From: a virus
Virus record (IMG/VR): IMGVR_UViG_3300042465_007464
Coordinates: 1-64,000 of that record
Length of the DNA stretch: 64,000 bases
Direction: 5' to 3' (one strand)
Shown here: one piece after another, positions 8,763-19,324 of the stretch
Layout: each line of letters opens with the position of its first letter
How positions within the stretch are numbered: position 1 is the stretch's first letter
The notes under the pieces: model-generated
What the model was told of the DNA's origin: nothing
What the model saw: only the letters and a program-made list of their open reading frames with translations
The model's database searches: none
Position numbers and translations under genes: made by a program

Positions 8763-9125
8763 TCAAAATGGTAAATCGTCATCTTCCTCTACTGTCTGTG
8801 GAGTTTCTGAAGTTTCTGTTTTATTAAAATATTCATCTAAGAATCCGCGTTCATACAACATGATTTTTCCTTTGTATGAAGTTGTATCAACTTCAGCTAC
8901 ATCTGTTTTAGCTCCAACTGATTTTGCGTAATCATATATTTTAGCACCTACACCTGTTGCGGGAGTCCGTTTACCTAAATATTCAAATACAGAAATCATT
9001 TCCGTTGAACGGTCGTATGTTGTAACGTTTGCGATATCCGTTACGATTTCGCCATCAATCGGTGTTGCTGTCAATGTATACAACATTCCATTTTCTTGCC
9101 AACTGGCTACTGTTCTATTCTTCAT
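8763..9125 (-). CDS. Hypothetical protein ending in SSB-type acidic tail EDDDLPF
   Basis: Fills the queD-queE gap; probable start MKNRT at 9125. Confidence 0.7.
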   Translation of the reverse strand: MKNRTVASWQENGMLYTLTATPIDGEIVTDIANVTTYDRSTEMISVFEYLGKRTPATGVGAKIYDYAKSVGAKTDVAEVDTTSYKGKIMLYERGFLDEYFNKTETSETPQTVEEDDDLPF

Positions 9126-9591
9126 ATATACTTGAATTGTTATCGTTTTCAAAACATTCTACTTTGATGCATTTGCAACGTCCGGCATCCGTTTTCTCTA
9201 AAACTTCATTGAATTTATCATAAACCAATTTAGCACAAGATTCTGCACCCATTTTATCCATTACACGTAATGAACATAAACCTTCCATTGCCGCAGATTC
9301 AAAGAAATCTAAATATGGGTCATCTTTCTCAATTAACAAGGTATGATCCCACATATAATCCATCCAATCTTTCAAACCATTGCCTTTTGGTGGTGTTTTG
9401 AAACCACCATAATCAACTATCCAATTCATATCATCTAGTTGATTTTCTTCTAATGGTTCGTTCGATGCAAACCATACTTTAAATTTTAATGCGTATCCAT
9501 GTAAAAGCTCACAGTGTGAGTGAGATGCTCTCCATTGTCTTAAAGCAACGGAATAGTTTTCAAATAGTTTTGTTGAAATGTATCTTGCCAT
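9115..9591 (-). CDS. queD: 6-carboxytetrahydropterin synthase
   Basis: CELLHGY, WIVDYG, WDHT, GAE and terminal E-N-D-N-N-S. Confidence 0.93.
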   Translation of the reverse strand: MARYISTKLFENYSVALRQWRASHSHCELLHGYALKFKVWFASNEPLEENQLDDMNWIVDYGGFKTPPKGNGLKDWMDYMWDHTLLIEKDDPYLDFFESAAMEGLCSLRVMDKMGAESCAKLVYDKFNEVLEKTDAGRCKCIKVECFENDNNSSIYEE

Positions 9592-9594
9592 TTT

Positions 9595-9855
9595 TTAATT
9601 TATTTTATCGTAAGTTAATTCAAAGATGTCAGGTTTGCATGGATAGAATTCTCCTTTAATACCTTTTATAACGTAATCGTTCCAAGAGATTTCCATATCT
9701 CCTTCTAGAGTTTTTATGTAGTGGTATAATCCTTCTCCATCCTCTGTAGGAACAACCAATAAGTTATCCCCCAACATATCATACACCTCTTGAATGTTTT
9801 GAGATATAAACTGTACTGCTTCGATCTCTACTGGTTTTTTTCTATATCTTCCCAT
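9595..9855 (-). CDS. Conserved small phage protein (RKKPVxIEA...TLEG...GEFYPCKPDIF family)
   Basis: Recognisable widespread phage family motif; function not assigned. Confidence 0.8.
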   Translation of the reverse strand: MGRYRKKPVEIEAVQFISQNIQEVYDMLGDNLLVVPTEDGEGLYHYIKTLEGDMEISWNDYVIKGIKGEFYPCKPDIFELTYDKIN

Positions 9856-9859
9856 AATT

Positions 9860-10279
9860 TTATTTCGATGTTATTGTGTCGTGTTGATAATCTTCTGGTT
9901 TGGACGTTTGCATAGAACATTTAACTACATTGTAAGTAGTAAATGGACGTGTAACTATTTTTACGATGTCATGTTTTTTCAACATTTCTAATTCCGGACA
10001 ATCCAATGATAACATAATGCGACAACGATTAAATATTGTAGGTGGAATCGTTTTCATTAATTCTGGAGTAGTTTCAAGCGTAACAATTTGTTTATTTTCT
10101 AAACACAATTCAATCACAGTCCACATTGTACTTGTTACCTTTTCTAAATAACTTATACAAAAATAAACGTGTGGATAAAACTCAGCTTCATCGGGGACTG
10201 TGGTCCGAACAAAACAAGTTTCTACATCTGCTAATGGTCCTTCAGTTTCTTTACCGAAAAAGTATGGCTTTCCAAACAT
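9860..10279 (-). CDS. Hypothetical protein within the deazaguanine cluster
   Basis: Start re-assigned to MFGKPY at 10279, just downstream of promoter 10292-10320. Confidence 0.7.
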   Translation of the reverse strand: MFGKPYFFGKETEGPLADVETCFVRTTVPDEAEFYPHVYFCISYLEKVTSTMWTVIELCLENKQIVTLETTPELMKTIPPTIFNRCRIMLSLDCPELEMLKKHDIVKIVTRPFTTYNVVKCSMQTSKPEDYQHDTITSK

Positions 10280-10291
10280 ATTTTTTATTTT

Positions 10292-10320
10292 AATATAATG
10301 AATTTTCTTTGATATTCCAA
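10292..10320 (-). promoter_or_regulatory. Early/middle promoter TTGGAA-N17-TATATT
   Basis: Recurrent motif with a 17-nt spacer. Confidence 0.65.
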
Positions 10321-11232
10321 TCACCATCTCAGATAACTTCGAACAAATGGTTCGTCTCCTGTTCGTTCAACACTTTCTGCAAAAGCACGTTCAAAGTCTG
10401 AAGCGTGATATTCATGCGTCCATACCCAATCTAAATCAAATATCGAATTAGATAACGATGCCGCACGTTCCATGCACATTTTAAAGTTTGTAGTTCTCGG
10501 AGACGGAAATATGAACATGTAATTGTTCCATAATTCTTTGAAGAAATTAGTTTGAATGTCAGCATCGAATGATGCAGCTAAACATATAACGGCACCGGTA
10601 TCAGCAATTTGCATTATGTCATCATACACAGATGCCTTGCCGGTTAATTCTACAATGTTTTTAAACTTGATGCCTAATTCTTTTATTTGATGCATTGTTA
10701 CTTGTTTAGCACCTAATGCGTTCCATTGCGTTGCGTTATGCGTACCAATTACATAAATTTCAAGCATCGGATTCATCAATCGCATATATTGTGCTGCAAT
10801 GTTAGAAACAAAGCCAGATCCTATAAACAATATGCGATTACCATGTGCATGTTCATACATTTGATGTCCGATGTTAACAGAACAAGCAACTGGTTCAATA
10901 ATATTTTTTGGAGTCACTGAATCTACATGAACTGTATTGATTTCCGTTGCATAAAACCATTGTGAATATGCTGGGTCGCAACGCGATGCTACTAAATCAC
11001 CTACTACGAAATCACGTATCTTATCACCAACACGTGCAACTCGACCCAATGATTCATGTCCAAAATGTCCAAACGGTATTCCAATTTTACCTAAATACTG
11101 GTCTATATCGCTACGACAAATTCCTGTATAAATGGATTCAATCAACATTTCATTTGGTTGCATTTCGCCCAAATCATATTCATATTCGCGAATTTCACGA
11201 TTTCCGTAGCTGTGTAGTATTTTAGTTTTCAT
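10321..11232 (-). CDS. Zn-dependent medium-chain dehydrogenase (MDR family)
   Basis: GICRSD, GHESLG, GD-x-V, EPVAC and Rossmann IGSGFV; lacks the structural-Zn loop. Confidence 0.88.
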   Translation of the reverse strand: MKTKILHSYGNREIREYEYDLGEMQPNEMLIESIYTGICRSDIDQYLGKIGIPFGHFGHESLGRVARVGDKIRDFVVGDLVASRCDPAYSQWFYATEINTVHVDSVTPKNIIEPVACSVNIGHQMYEHAHGNRILFIGSGFVSNIAAQYMRLMNPMLEIYVIGTHNATQWNALGAKQVTMHQIKELGIKFKNIVELTGKASVYDDIMQIADTGAVICLAASFDADIQTNFFKELWNNYMFIFPSPRTTNFKMCMERAASLSNSIFDLDWVWTHEYHASDFERAFAESVERTGDEPFVRSYLRW

Positions 11233-12175
11233 TGATTAACGTTTTTATTAAAGTTGTGCAATCTTCCGTTTTCATGCTTCGTATTGTATCTTGTATCATT
11301 TCATCACAATACACGTTGTATTCATATGAAGCCGAATCCATTTCCATGTTCATGTATTCTACTAACATGTATTCATATGCCGATTCCGGACATAATCCAG
11401 TTTCAAATTTAATGCGAGAACCATCATTGAATTTCAAATTCCACGAAATGTAATCTTTTGGAACATCCATCTTCCAAGTTGCTGCACAACGTATTTGACA
11501 ATTTCCATGACGCGTTTCATAATAACATTGATCTTCAACATCATAAGTTCCGTTAGGATCGTAATTGCCCCATGTAGTTGCTGCTAAATCTGACAATTCA
11601 TAATGCTGATAACGATATGCCTTTTCATCAGCCGTTGTGCTAATGTAAGAAGTATTTAAAATACCACAAACCACACTTAACAAATGTGGTAACAAATCTA
11701 AATGAACTCCACCCATTGCTTTGGAACGTGTGGTAAACCAACTACCAGGTCCTGGTACTCTGTCTCGATTCACCCACAATAAATCTATTCCAACAAGTTT
11801 ATGTCTAAATGATTGAAATGACATCGTCTCATCGCGGAACATGTTGTTCTTTACCATGAAGATTGCATGTTTCGGATAATTGGTTCGAAACTGTCTCCAA
11901 TCCATTAAACTAGCAAATCCGGGTTTTTCTACAACAATTCTTTTAGTATGTATCGTTAACGCTTTAGCAATGGATTCATGCGTATAATTAGGTGTGCAAA
12001 TAATTGCCATATCATACCTAATTGCTAACGGTATATCCGTTACATCAGCATAATCTGCGTTACATGAAGGATTTGGATCGACTGTCGTAACGTGCCAACC
12101 CAAATCTTCGCAAACGCCTTGATATAGGCGACCCATACCTAAACCTACAACAAGAACTTGTTTAGACTTTGCCAT
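11222..12175 (-). CDS. Gfo/Idh/MocA family oxidoreductase
   Basis: VGLGMG, ICTPNYTH, VEKP, and W...GGVHLDLLPH. Confidence 0.9.
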   Translation of the reverse strand: MAKSKQVLVVGLGMGRLYQGVCEDLGWHVTTVDPNPSCNADYADVTDIPLAIRYDMAIICTPNYTHESIAKALTIHTKRIVVEKPGFASLMDWRQFRTNYPKHAIFMVKNNMFRDETMSFQSFRHKLVGIDLLWVNRDRVPGPGSWFTTRSKAMGGVHLDLLPHLLSVVCGILNTSYISTTADEKAYRYQHYELSDLAATTWGNYDPNGTYDVEDQCYYETRHGNCQIRCAATWKMDVPKDYISWNLKFNDGSRIKFETGLCPESAYEYMLVEYMNMEMDSASYEYNVYCDEMIQDTIRSMKTEDCTTLIKTLINEN

Positions 12176-12869
12176 ATCCTTTTATAAATTCATAAAATTC
12201 AAATCGAGTACTAGATTCATCCATAAATGCTCCGGACAATTTCGCAGTTTTCATTGAAGCACCACCATGCTTAACTCCACGACATTGTACACAGTTATGC
12301 GTAGCTTCAATCATTACAGCAACACCTTTGTTATCTTCAATCAACTCACTGATTGCGTGATGAATTGCTACTGTTAATTGTTCTTGAATTGCACCACGTC
12401 TGCCAAATGTTTCTACAACACGATTCAATTTACTCAATCCAATCACATTGCCATTTTCTGCTGGAATATACGCAACATGGACGAGTCCTAAAATGGTCTG
12501 ATGATGATGACTACACATGGAAGTTAATGGAATACCTCCTTCAAATACAATACCATCATATCCATCACTTGGAAATGCCGTTATTCCTGACATCGGGTTG
12601 TATCTACCAGCCCATAAATCATTTACATATGCTTTTGCAACTCTACGTGGAGTATCTGCTGAGTTAGGATCTTGTTCCCAAGCTACACCTAATGCACGTA
12701 AAAATTCACCATAATGGTGTGCTGCATTATCAATAATTTCTTGCTTTTCTTCTTGCGTTAATTCGGCATCTGGTCCGAATATTGTTTGTTTAACTGCTAA
12801 TTGCGTTGAAATACCATTAGCAAAACCAGATTGAACTAGTTCTAAGTTTTTTCTTTGTTTATCTGTCAT
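12162..12869 (-). CDS. folE: GTP cyclohydrolase I
   Basis: TPRRVAK, SMCSHH, GLSKLNR, IQEQLT and HNCVQCRG. Confidence 0.97.
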   Translation of the reverse strand: MTDKQRKNLELVQSGFANGISTQLAVKQTIFGPDAELTQEEKQEIIDNAAHHYGEFLRALGVAWEQDPNSADTPRRVAKAYVNDLWAGRYNPMSGITAFPSDGYDGIVFEGGIPLTSMCSHHHQTILGLVHVAYIPAENGNVIGLSKLNRVVETFGRRGAIQEQLTVAIHHAISELIEDNKGVAVMIEATHNCVQCRGVKHGGASMKTAKLSGAFMDESSTRFEFYEFIKGYGKV

Positions 12870-12887
12870 AACTTATTTATTACTTTA

Positions 12888-13672
<785 letters not shown>

Positions 13673-13679
<7 letters not shown>

Positions 13680-13706
13680 ATTTGCCTTTTAATATAAATA
13701 TGGGGC
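13673..13706 (-). promoter_or_regulatory. Late-promoter motif inside an 11-bp hairpin that sequesters the HNH start codon
   Basis: Perfect inverted repeat gccccatattt (13673-13683) / aaatatggggc (13696-13706); ATATTTATA at 13693-13701. Confidence 0.75.
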
Positions 13707-13735
13707 TTAAGACATTTTTCACCGCCATACGGAAA

Positions 13736-15592
13736 CTATTTTACTTCGCATGCACCTCCGCTGCATGCTAACTCCCCAGATAAATCGGTATTGTCATCTA
13801 ATTCGATAACCTGCGATAAATCTATATTCGATAAACTCTTAAATAATCGTTCGTACTCTTCTTTAGTACAATCTTCGAATGGGCTTTGCATATACGTATG
13901 ATCCGAATATGGTAAAACCGATAAACCGTTGTAATGTTTACGATTTTCCCACATCCATTCTCCTGCCAAGTCCCATTCATCTGCTTTAAGTGAAACTGTT
14001 GCCGATACATTGTGAGTGTTATTACCTGAACGATGTCCTGGTTTAACCCATTCTAAATGTACCTTTTTGATACGATCCAATAATTGGAATGGAGATTCTG
14101 TTCTCATGATTGCACCGTCCGGAGCTTTTTGTGGAATAGAAATTACTGCAGTATCATGTGGACGGAAATATTCATCTTCAATTAGTTCTGGGTGATTAAT
14201 TGACAAGTATGAATAAATTGCTTCATTCTTACCTACACGGATTCTACGAATATAGAAATCATTGTGCCATGCGTGAATACCTGATGATGTTCCTAATGCC
14301 AATGATGTTGTACCTGCCGGTTTAACTGTGGTAGTACGTGCTGATTTGTTGATGCCAATCAATTCTGCAACTCTTGCATTTTCCTCTTTTACTACCGTTG
14401 CAGCTGCTTTCATGTCATAACCCAAAACCGTACCAGATCCAATACCTGTCATCGATACTCCAATCAACGCATCTTTCTCAGTTGTACGTTGCCAAATTGG
14501 ACGAAGGTAATGGAAATTAGTATATCCTGCTTGAAGCGTACCAATAAATGCCGCTGCACGTACTCGTGCTTCTAAATCTTCTTGCGATTCAATATCCGAA
14601 GCATTAACTTCGCATAAATTACAGAATTGGAATGGACGTAGTGCAATTTCACAACACGGATTAGTTCCCCAATCTTTATCATTAGTCAAATAAATTCCCG
14701 GTTCTCCTGCTCCCGACAATTCAACTCGTTTCCACAAATCCATGAAAAAGTCTTTTGTCAATTTGTGACGCATCAATGTTGCTGAGTTATTAGCACGTCC
14801 TCGTTGTGGGTTGTTTTCCCACCAATTCCCTGATTTACATGCAATCATTTCTTCATCATCTGCCGAAAACAATGAAATAAGTGCTGCTCTACGGATACCA
14901 CCTGCCAATACTGCATCTGCAACGTGACAAACCATGTCATGAACTTCAATTGGAGATAGTTTATCGCCATCTTCTTTAGCATCTAAAATACCTTGAAGCT
15001 TAATCAAACATTCTTTAAGTGGTTGCGGGCCTGGTGCTTTACCACCTGATGTAACTAATCTTGCACCTTTTTGGCGAATGTCTGAAAAATCAAATGCAAA
15101 TGATGAACCTGCAGTAAAATAAGATTTAACAAGTACTTTAACCGCATCGGCCCATCCTTCAATTGAATCTGCAATTAAATAACGACGCGTTCTTTTTGCG
15201 TTTGGTTTACGAATTTCTGGTAATTTTTCTACATGATGTTTTTGTACTGAATATCCAACGCCAGTACCACCTAACAACAAGAACATTGCTTCACCAAATG
15301 CACGATAGTCGTCAATTGGCAAATATGCACAGTTATAAATTCGGTTTGGGGAGATTTCAATTGGTTTACCACCAAATTGTAAACTACGCATTGAAGGTAA
15401 TATTTTTTTATCATAAACAAAACGATATGCCGATTCTATTTCTCCTGCTAATGCTGGATACTTCTTCAAGTGCATTTCCTTGTTTCTTGTAACTAATTCC
15501 TCCCAAGTCTCGCGTCGATTGAGCTCAGGGATGTACTTGGCATATTTCATATACACCGTAATTTCCGATAAGATTTGATTTGAAATCTCCAT
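13736..15592 (-). CDS. nrdJ: Class II (AdoCbl) ribonucleotide reductase
   Basis: PSMRSLQF, YNC, GTGVG, TNPCCEI, TTVKPAGT and C-terminal CSGGAC; no NrdB nearby. Confidence 0.9.
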   Translation of the reverse strand: MEISNQILSEITVYMKYAKYIPELNRRETWEELVTRNKEMHLKKYPALAGEIESAYRFVYDKKILPSMRSLQFGGKPIEISPNRIYNCAYLPIDDYRAFGEAMFLLLGGTGVGYSVQKHHVEKLPEIRKPNAKRTRRYLIADSIEGWADAVKVLVKSYFTAGSSFAFDFSDIRQKGARLVTSGGKAPGPQPLKECLIKLQGILDAKEDGDKLSPIEVHDMVCHVADAVLAGGIRRAALISLFSADDEEMIACKSGNWWENNPQRGRANNSATLMRHKLTKDFFMDLWKRVELSGAGEPGIYLTNDKDWGTNPCCEIALRPFQFCNLCEVNASDIESQEDLEARVRAAAFIGTLQAGYTNFHYLRPIWQRTTEKDALIGVSMTGIGSGTVLGYDMKAAATVVKEENARVAELIGINKSARTTTVKPAGTTSLALGTSSGIHAWHNDFYIRRIRVGKNEAIYSYLSINHPELIEDEYFRPHDTAVISIPQKAPDGAIMRTESPFQLLDRIKKVHLEWVKPGHRSGNNTHNVSATVSLKADEWDLAGEWMWENRKHYNGLSVLPYSDHTYMQSPFEDCTKEEYERLFKSLSNIDLSQVIELDDNTDLSGELACSGGACEVK

Positions 15593-15634
15593 TTTCTGTA
15601 ATCCTTGTTGTTAATAATATAAATGTTTTTAGAT

Positions 15635-15665
15635 AAAAAAAGGTCGGATATTTCTACCCGAACCT
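15635..15665 (-). terminator. Intrinsic terminator-like hairpin
   Basis: AGGTTCGGGTA-GAAA-TATCCGACC followed by T7. Confidence 0.65.
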
Positions 15666-15683
15666 ATTTAATATAAATATAGT

Positions 15684-17051
15684 TTAGCCCAAAGTACTGC
15701 CCATATCTTTGAACTTTTGTGCCAGATTTTTCTTCAAAATGTTCTCGCCAGTTTTCATAGTTTGCGTAGTTTGTTTACCTTGCGTTGTTTGTGGTTCGAA
15801 GAATTGAAATTGACCGTTATTAGTATTGATTTTACTTGGCAAAGTAATACCATCCGGACCAAATCTATTTTTAATTACGTGTCCACGTCCTGTTCCTGAC
15901 ATCTTATCTTCTACTTTTCTGGAAAGCGACATTAAGAAATCAGCAACCATTACTTTTCCGTATGACGACGCAATTTTGTCAGCTTCGATAACATCTTCTT
16001 CCAATGCTGACCTACCTGCTTGCGAAGCTGTCCAAACGGGAATATCATACTCTCCTGCCATACCCCGTAATTCTTCATATAGTTCTTCAAGAGCTTCATG
16101 TTTGTCTTTTTTAGCGTTAATTTTTAACAAGTCACCGTAATCTACAATTACTAGATGTGGCTTTTGTCCTAACATGATGGTTTTTTCTAAATGTGCTTTG
16201 AGTCCCATTACCCCAACTGATTTAGTTGGAAAATATTTCACAATCAAATCACCCATCAATGTTTTCATGCGTTCTTCTACGGTATCCTGATGATGTTTTA
16301 ATGTCTGTGCATTAATACCAGTTAACACGGAGTCATAACGTTGTCCTACATAGTTCTCATTGAGTTCTAATGTATAATGCACTACCGTTTTGCCTGCCTT
16401 AACTGCATTTGCACCAATATTAATAAGCATCCAAGACTTACCAATACCTGCAGGCGCCATCACTACACCCAATTCTCCTGGGGCTAAGCCGCCATCCATC
16501 AAATCATCTATAACGTCCCATCCCGTTGTAATCGTGTGGCGAGACGCTTCCGCATAGCGTGCTTGAATATTAGTTTTATATTCTAATCCAATGTTAGTAT
16601 CAGCACCAGCTTTCATAGCCGAATCAATTTTGCTTTTAATTTCATCGTAGTTACCCATTTTCAAAAGGCTAACCGAATCCATAATTGCATGTTTTATTTC
16701 TTGATTCTTGCAAAACTTAAGAATCTCATCTTTAACAAATGATAAATCATCCGATTCCATGTAGCGGAACACTTCTTTAAGCTGTTCCAAAATTGCTGCC
16801 TTCAATATTGACTCCGGACCATCGTCGCTTAATTCAGTCAATTTAACTTTTAATACGTCTTTAGATGGTGGCGTCTTGTATTCGCCGAAATGTTGTAATA
16901 TAACCTCCATTAACCAACTATTCGCTTCTGATTCGAAATAATCAGCACGAATAATATCTGCAATTTGTTGTAAAAATATTCTATCCGTAAACATTGCGGC
17001 AACAACTTTAACTTGAAAGCCCCAACCATACTCACTTAATTTATCTGTCAT
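15684..17051 (-). CDS. Replicative DnaB-like helicase (T4 gp41-like)
   Basis: APAGIGKS Walker A, YTLEL, VDYGD, WTASQ and KNRFG. Confidence 0.95.
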   Translation of the reverse strand: MTDKLSEYGWGFQVKVVAAMFTDRIFLQQIADIIRADYFESEANSWLMEVILQHFGEYKTPPSKDVLKVKLTELSDDGPESILKAAILEQLKEVFRYMESDDLSFVKDEILKFCKNQEIKHAIMDSVSLLKMGNYDEIKSKIDSAMKAGADTNIGLEYKTNIQARYAEASRHTITTGWDVIDDLMDGGLAPGELGVVMAPAGIGKSWMLINIGANAVKAGKTVVHYTLELNENYVGQRYDSVLTGINAQTLKHHQDTVEERMKTLMGDLIVKYFPTKSVGVMGLKAHLEKTIMLGQKPHLVIVDYGDLLKINAKKDKHEALEELYEELRGMAGEYDIPVWTASQAGRSALEEDVIEADKIASSYGKVMVADFLMSLSRKVEDKMSGTGRGHVIKNRFGPDGITLPSKINTNNGQFQFFEPQTTQGKQTTQTMKTGENILKKNLAQKFKDMGSTLG

Positions 17052-17057
17052 GTAACG

Positions 17058-17086
17058 ATTATATTAAAAATAACTTGTATTTCCAA
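17058..17086 (-). promoter_or_regulatory. Early/middle promoter TTGGAA-N17-TATAAT
   Basis: Recurrent motif. Confidence 0.65.
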
Positions 17087-18151
17087 TTATTTTTTGTGCG
17101 TTTGCATTGCGAATGCGTTTAGAGATAACCATGTATTGCTTAACCACTCTGGCAAATTCCTCATAGTAGACCACATCTTATCTTCCATGAAGATTCGTTG
17201 AAACTCCATTTTGTTTAGAGTTGGTATTGGTTCATTTAAAATACCTCGTATTACCGTTGAACATTGTGCTGGAATATCTAACAATTTGATGTTCATTAAC
17301 CGATAATTCTTATCAATGGTATCGAAATTAGCCAATATCTTATCGTAATTGCGAGTTTCATTCAATAGAATCTTGCTTTTACATTTATCTTGCATCATTT
17401 CCAAAGTAAATTCTTCAGCTGATGCTAATTCTGGCAATGCTTTAAGAATTGTTTTTGGACCAAATCCATCAATGCCGGGAATGTTGTCTGACTTATCACC
17501 AGTAAATGTTCGGTATACTACATAATTTGCAGGATGAACTCCAAATTCTTCCAATATGGTTTCCGTGGAATACATTTTCTTCTTAATAGGAGACCATACT
17601 TGTATAGTGTCATCAATAAGTTGATAAAAGTCACGATCCGTAGAAACAATGGTTATTTTTTTGCTAATATCCTGATACATTTGTGCAATATAAGCAATCG
17701 TATCATCTGCTTCTATACCATCAATTGAAATGAATGTTACTGGCAAATTATCTAAATAAGAAACAAGCCGAGAAAATTGCCATCGCATTGCTTCTTGTTC
17801 ATCTTCAATTGTTGCAAATTGTTGATGATCGTGCCTACGAAGTCTGGTTTTATTGGCACGGTTGCCTTTGTAATCGCCGTAAATCTTTTTGCGACGTGCA
17901 GATCCTCCTCTGCCATCAAATACAATCACACAACGACTAGGTTTGAAATCCCTTACTGCTTTTCCTATAGAATATAGGAATCCAGTTATCCCACCAATGT
18001 GCTCCCCATCTTCGTTGGTTGATGGGGTGGCACCAAAGGCACGGATAAAGGTATTTAATCCGTCAAACACCATAATATGATCATTGACATCTGACGGACT
18101 ATTTTCCTTTTCTTGTTGTAACTGTTTGAAGAGATGTTGATACTTGTTCAT
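17087..18151 (-). CDS. 5'-3' exonuclease / T4 RNase H-like flap nuclease
   Basis: DGLN, VFDG, YKGNR, EADD, STDRD and GDKSDNIPG. Confidence 0.95.
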   Translation of the reverse strand: MNKYQHLFKQLQQEKENSPSDVNDHIMVFDGLNTFIRAFGATPSTNEDGEHIGGITGFLYSIGKAVRDFKPSRCVIVFDGRGGSARRKKIYGDYKGNRANKTRLRRHDHQQFATIEDEQEAMRWQFSRLVSYLDNLPVTFISIDGIEADDTIAYIAQMYQDISKKITIVSTDRDFYQLIDDTIQVWSPIKKKMYSTETILEEFGVHPANYVVYRTFTGDKSDNIPGIDGFGPKTILKALPELASAEEFTLEMMQDKCKSKILLNETRNYDKILANFDTIDKNYRLMNIKLLDIPAQCSTVIRGILNEPIPTLNKMEFQRIFMEDKMWSTMRNLPEWLSNTWLSLNAFAMQTHKK

Positions 18152-19314
18152 TACGCTTCTTCGTCTATAACTGATTCATCGATAATTACATCGTCAATAC
18201 CACCGTCAATTCCTGCTTGGTATTTGAATATGTAAGCATCGCAAAGTCTTCGATACAATCGTTCTTTAATTTCCGGATCGCTGATTACCTTTTCCACGAA
18301 ATTTTTGCTTTGGAATTTAACTTCACCAAACACTTCTCCGGTTTCATAATCTATGTCTTGCAACGTGTAATGTGCACCCGATTGCGAAACTAAATCAAAT
18401 TTCTTCATGATTTCCAACCAACCACCGTAATTGTCAATACCACTATCATAGTAGATATCATAATTCACTTTGCGGTGGGGCGGGCCCATACGATTTTTCA
18501 CAACCTGAACTTCGGTTTTACTTCCTACCACTTGTTCAACGCCTTCAATTTTAGCTTTGATCATTCCGGTATTTTTCAAACGAAGACGTACTGATGCGTG
18601 AAATGGAATTGCTTTACCACCTGAGGTAGTCCATGCATCTCCAAATGATACACCCATTTTAGTACGAAGCTGGTTTGTGAAAATCAAGCAAATTCTTTCA
18701 CGTGCGATCCAATTGGTAACTTTACGCATTGCTTTTGATAAGATGATTGATTTGCTTGTCGCATAACCATCTTTGTCATATTCTGCAGCCATTTCAATTT
18801 TAGTAGATGCACCCATTATCGAATCCACAATAATTGTAACTAAACGATCTTTGTCTGATTTGCGTACTTGTTCAACTATGGTTTCGATAGTTTCGAAAAT
18901 TTCTTCTACCGTCTCTAATGGGACATACAACATGGATTTCAAATCAATACCAATTGCCGACATAAATTCAGCACTCGATGCTGCTTCTGTATCAATATAT
19001 ACTGCCAACCCACCTTTCTTTTGTGTTTCAGCCGCTACATGTGATACTAACAATGATTTACCAGATGCTTCAAGACCCGTTACTTCAGTAATCCGACCCA
19101 CAGGAAAGCCTCCATGGGGTCGGTTTGAAACTGCTAAGTCGAGCATATCGCAACCAGTTGATATCCATTCAGATACGTTGCTTGGAGAATCAGCATCGCC
19201 TTCTAAAAAGAAAGCGGTTTTCAACGCTTGCCCTTTGAATTGCTTGTTAATGCTATCCGCAAGGGTGTTCGCTAAACTGTCTGCCAGTTCTAGTTTACTT
19301 TTGCTCTTTGCCAT
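18151..19314 (-). CDS. uvsX: RecA/UvsX recombinase
   Basis: GLEASGKS, YIDTE, IVDS, FTNQLR, GGKA and KNR. Confidence 0.95.
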   Translation of the reverse strand: MAKSKSKLELADSLANTLADSINKQFKGQALKTAFFLEGDADSPSNVSEWISTGCDMLDLAVSNRPHGGFPVGRITEVTGLEASGKSLLVSHVAAETQKKGGLAVYIDTEAASSAEFMSAIGIDLKSMLYVPLETVEEIFETIETIVEQVRKSDKDRLVTIIVDSIMGASTKIEMAAEYDKDGYATSKSIILSKAMRKVTNWIARERICLIFTNQLRTKMGVSFGDAWTTSGGKAIPFHASVRLRLKNTGMIKAKIEGVEQVVGSKTEVQVVKNRMGPPHRKVNYDIYYDSGIDNYGGWLEIMKKFDLVSQSGAHYTLQDIDYETGEVFGEVKFQSKNFVEKVISDPEIKERLYRRLCDAYIFKYQAGIDGGIDDVIIDESVIDEEA

Positions 19315-19324
19315 GATTTACTCC

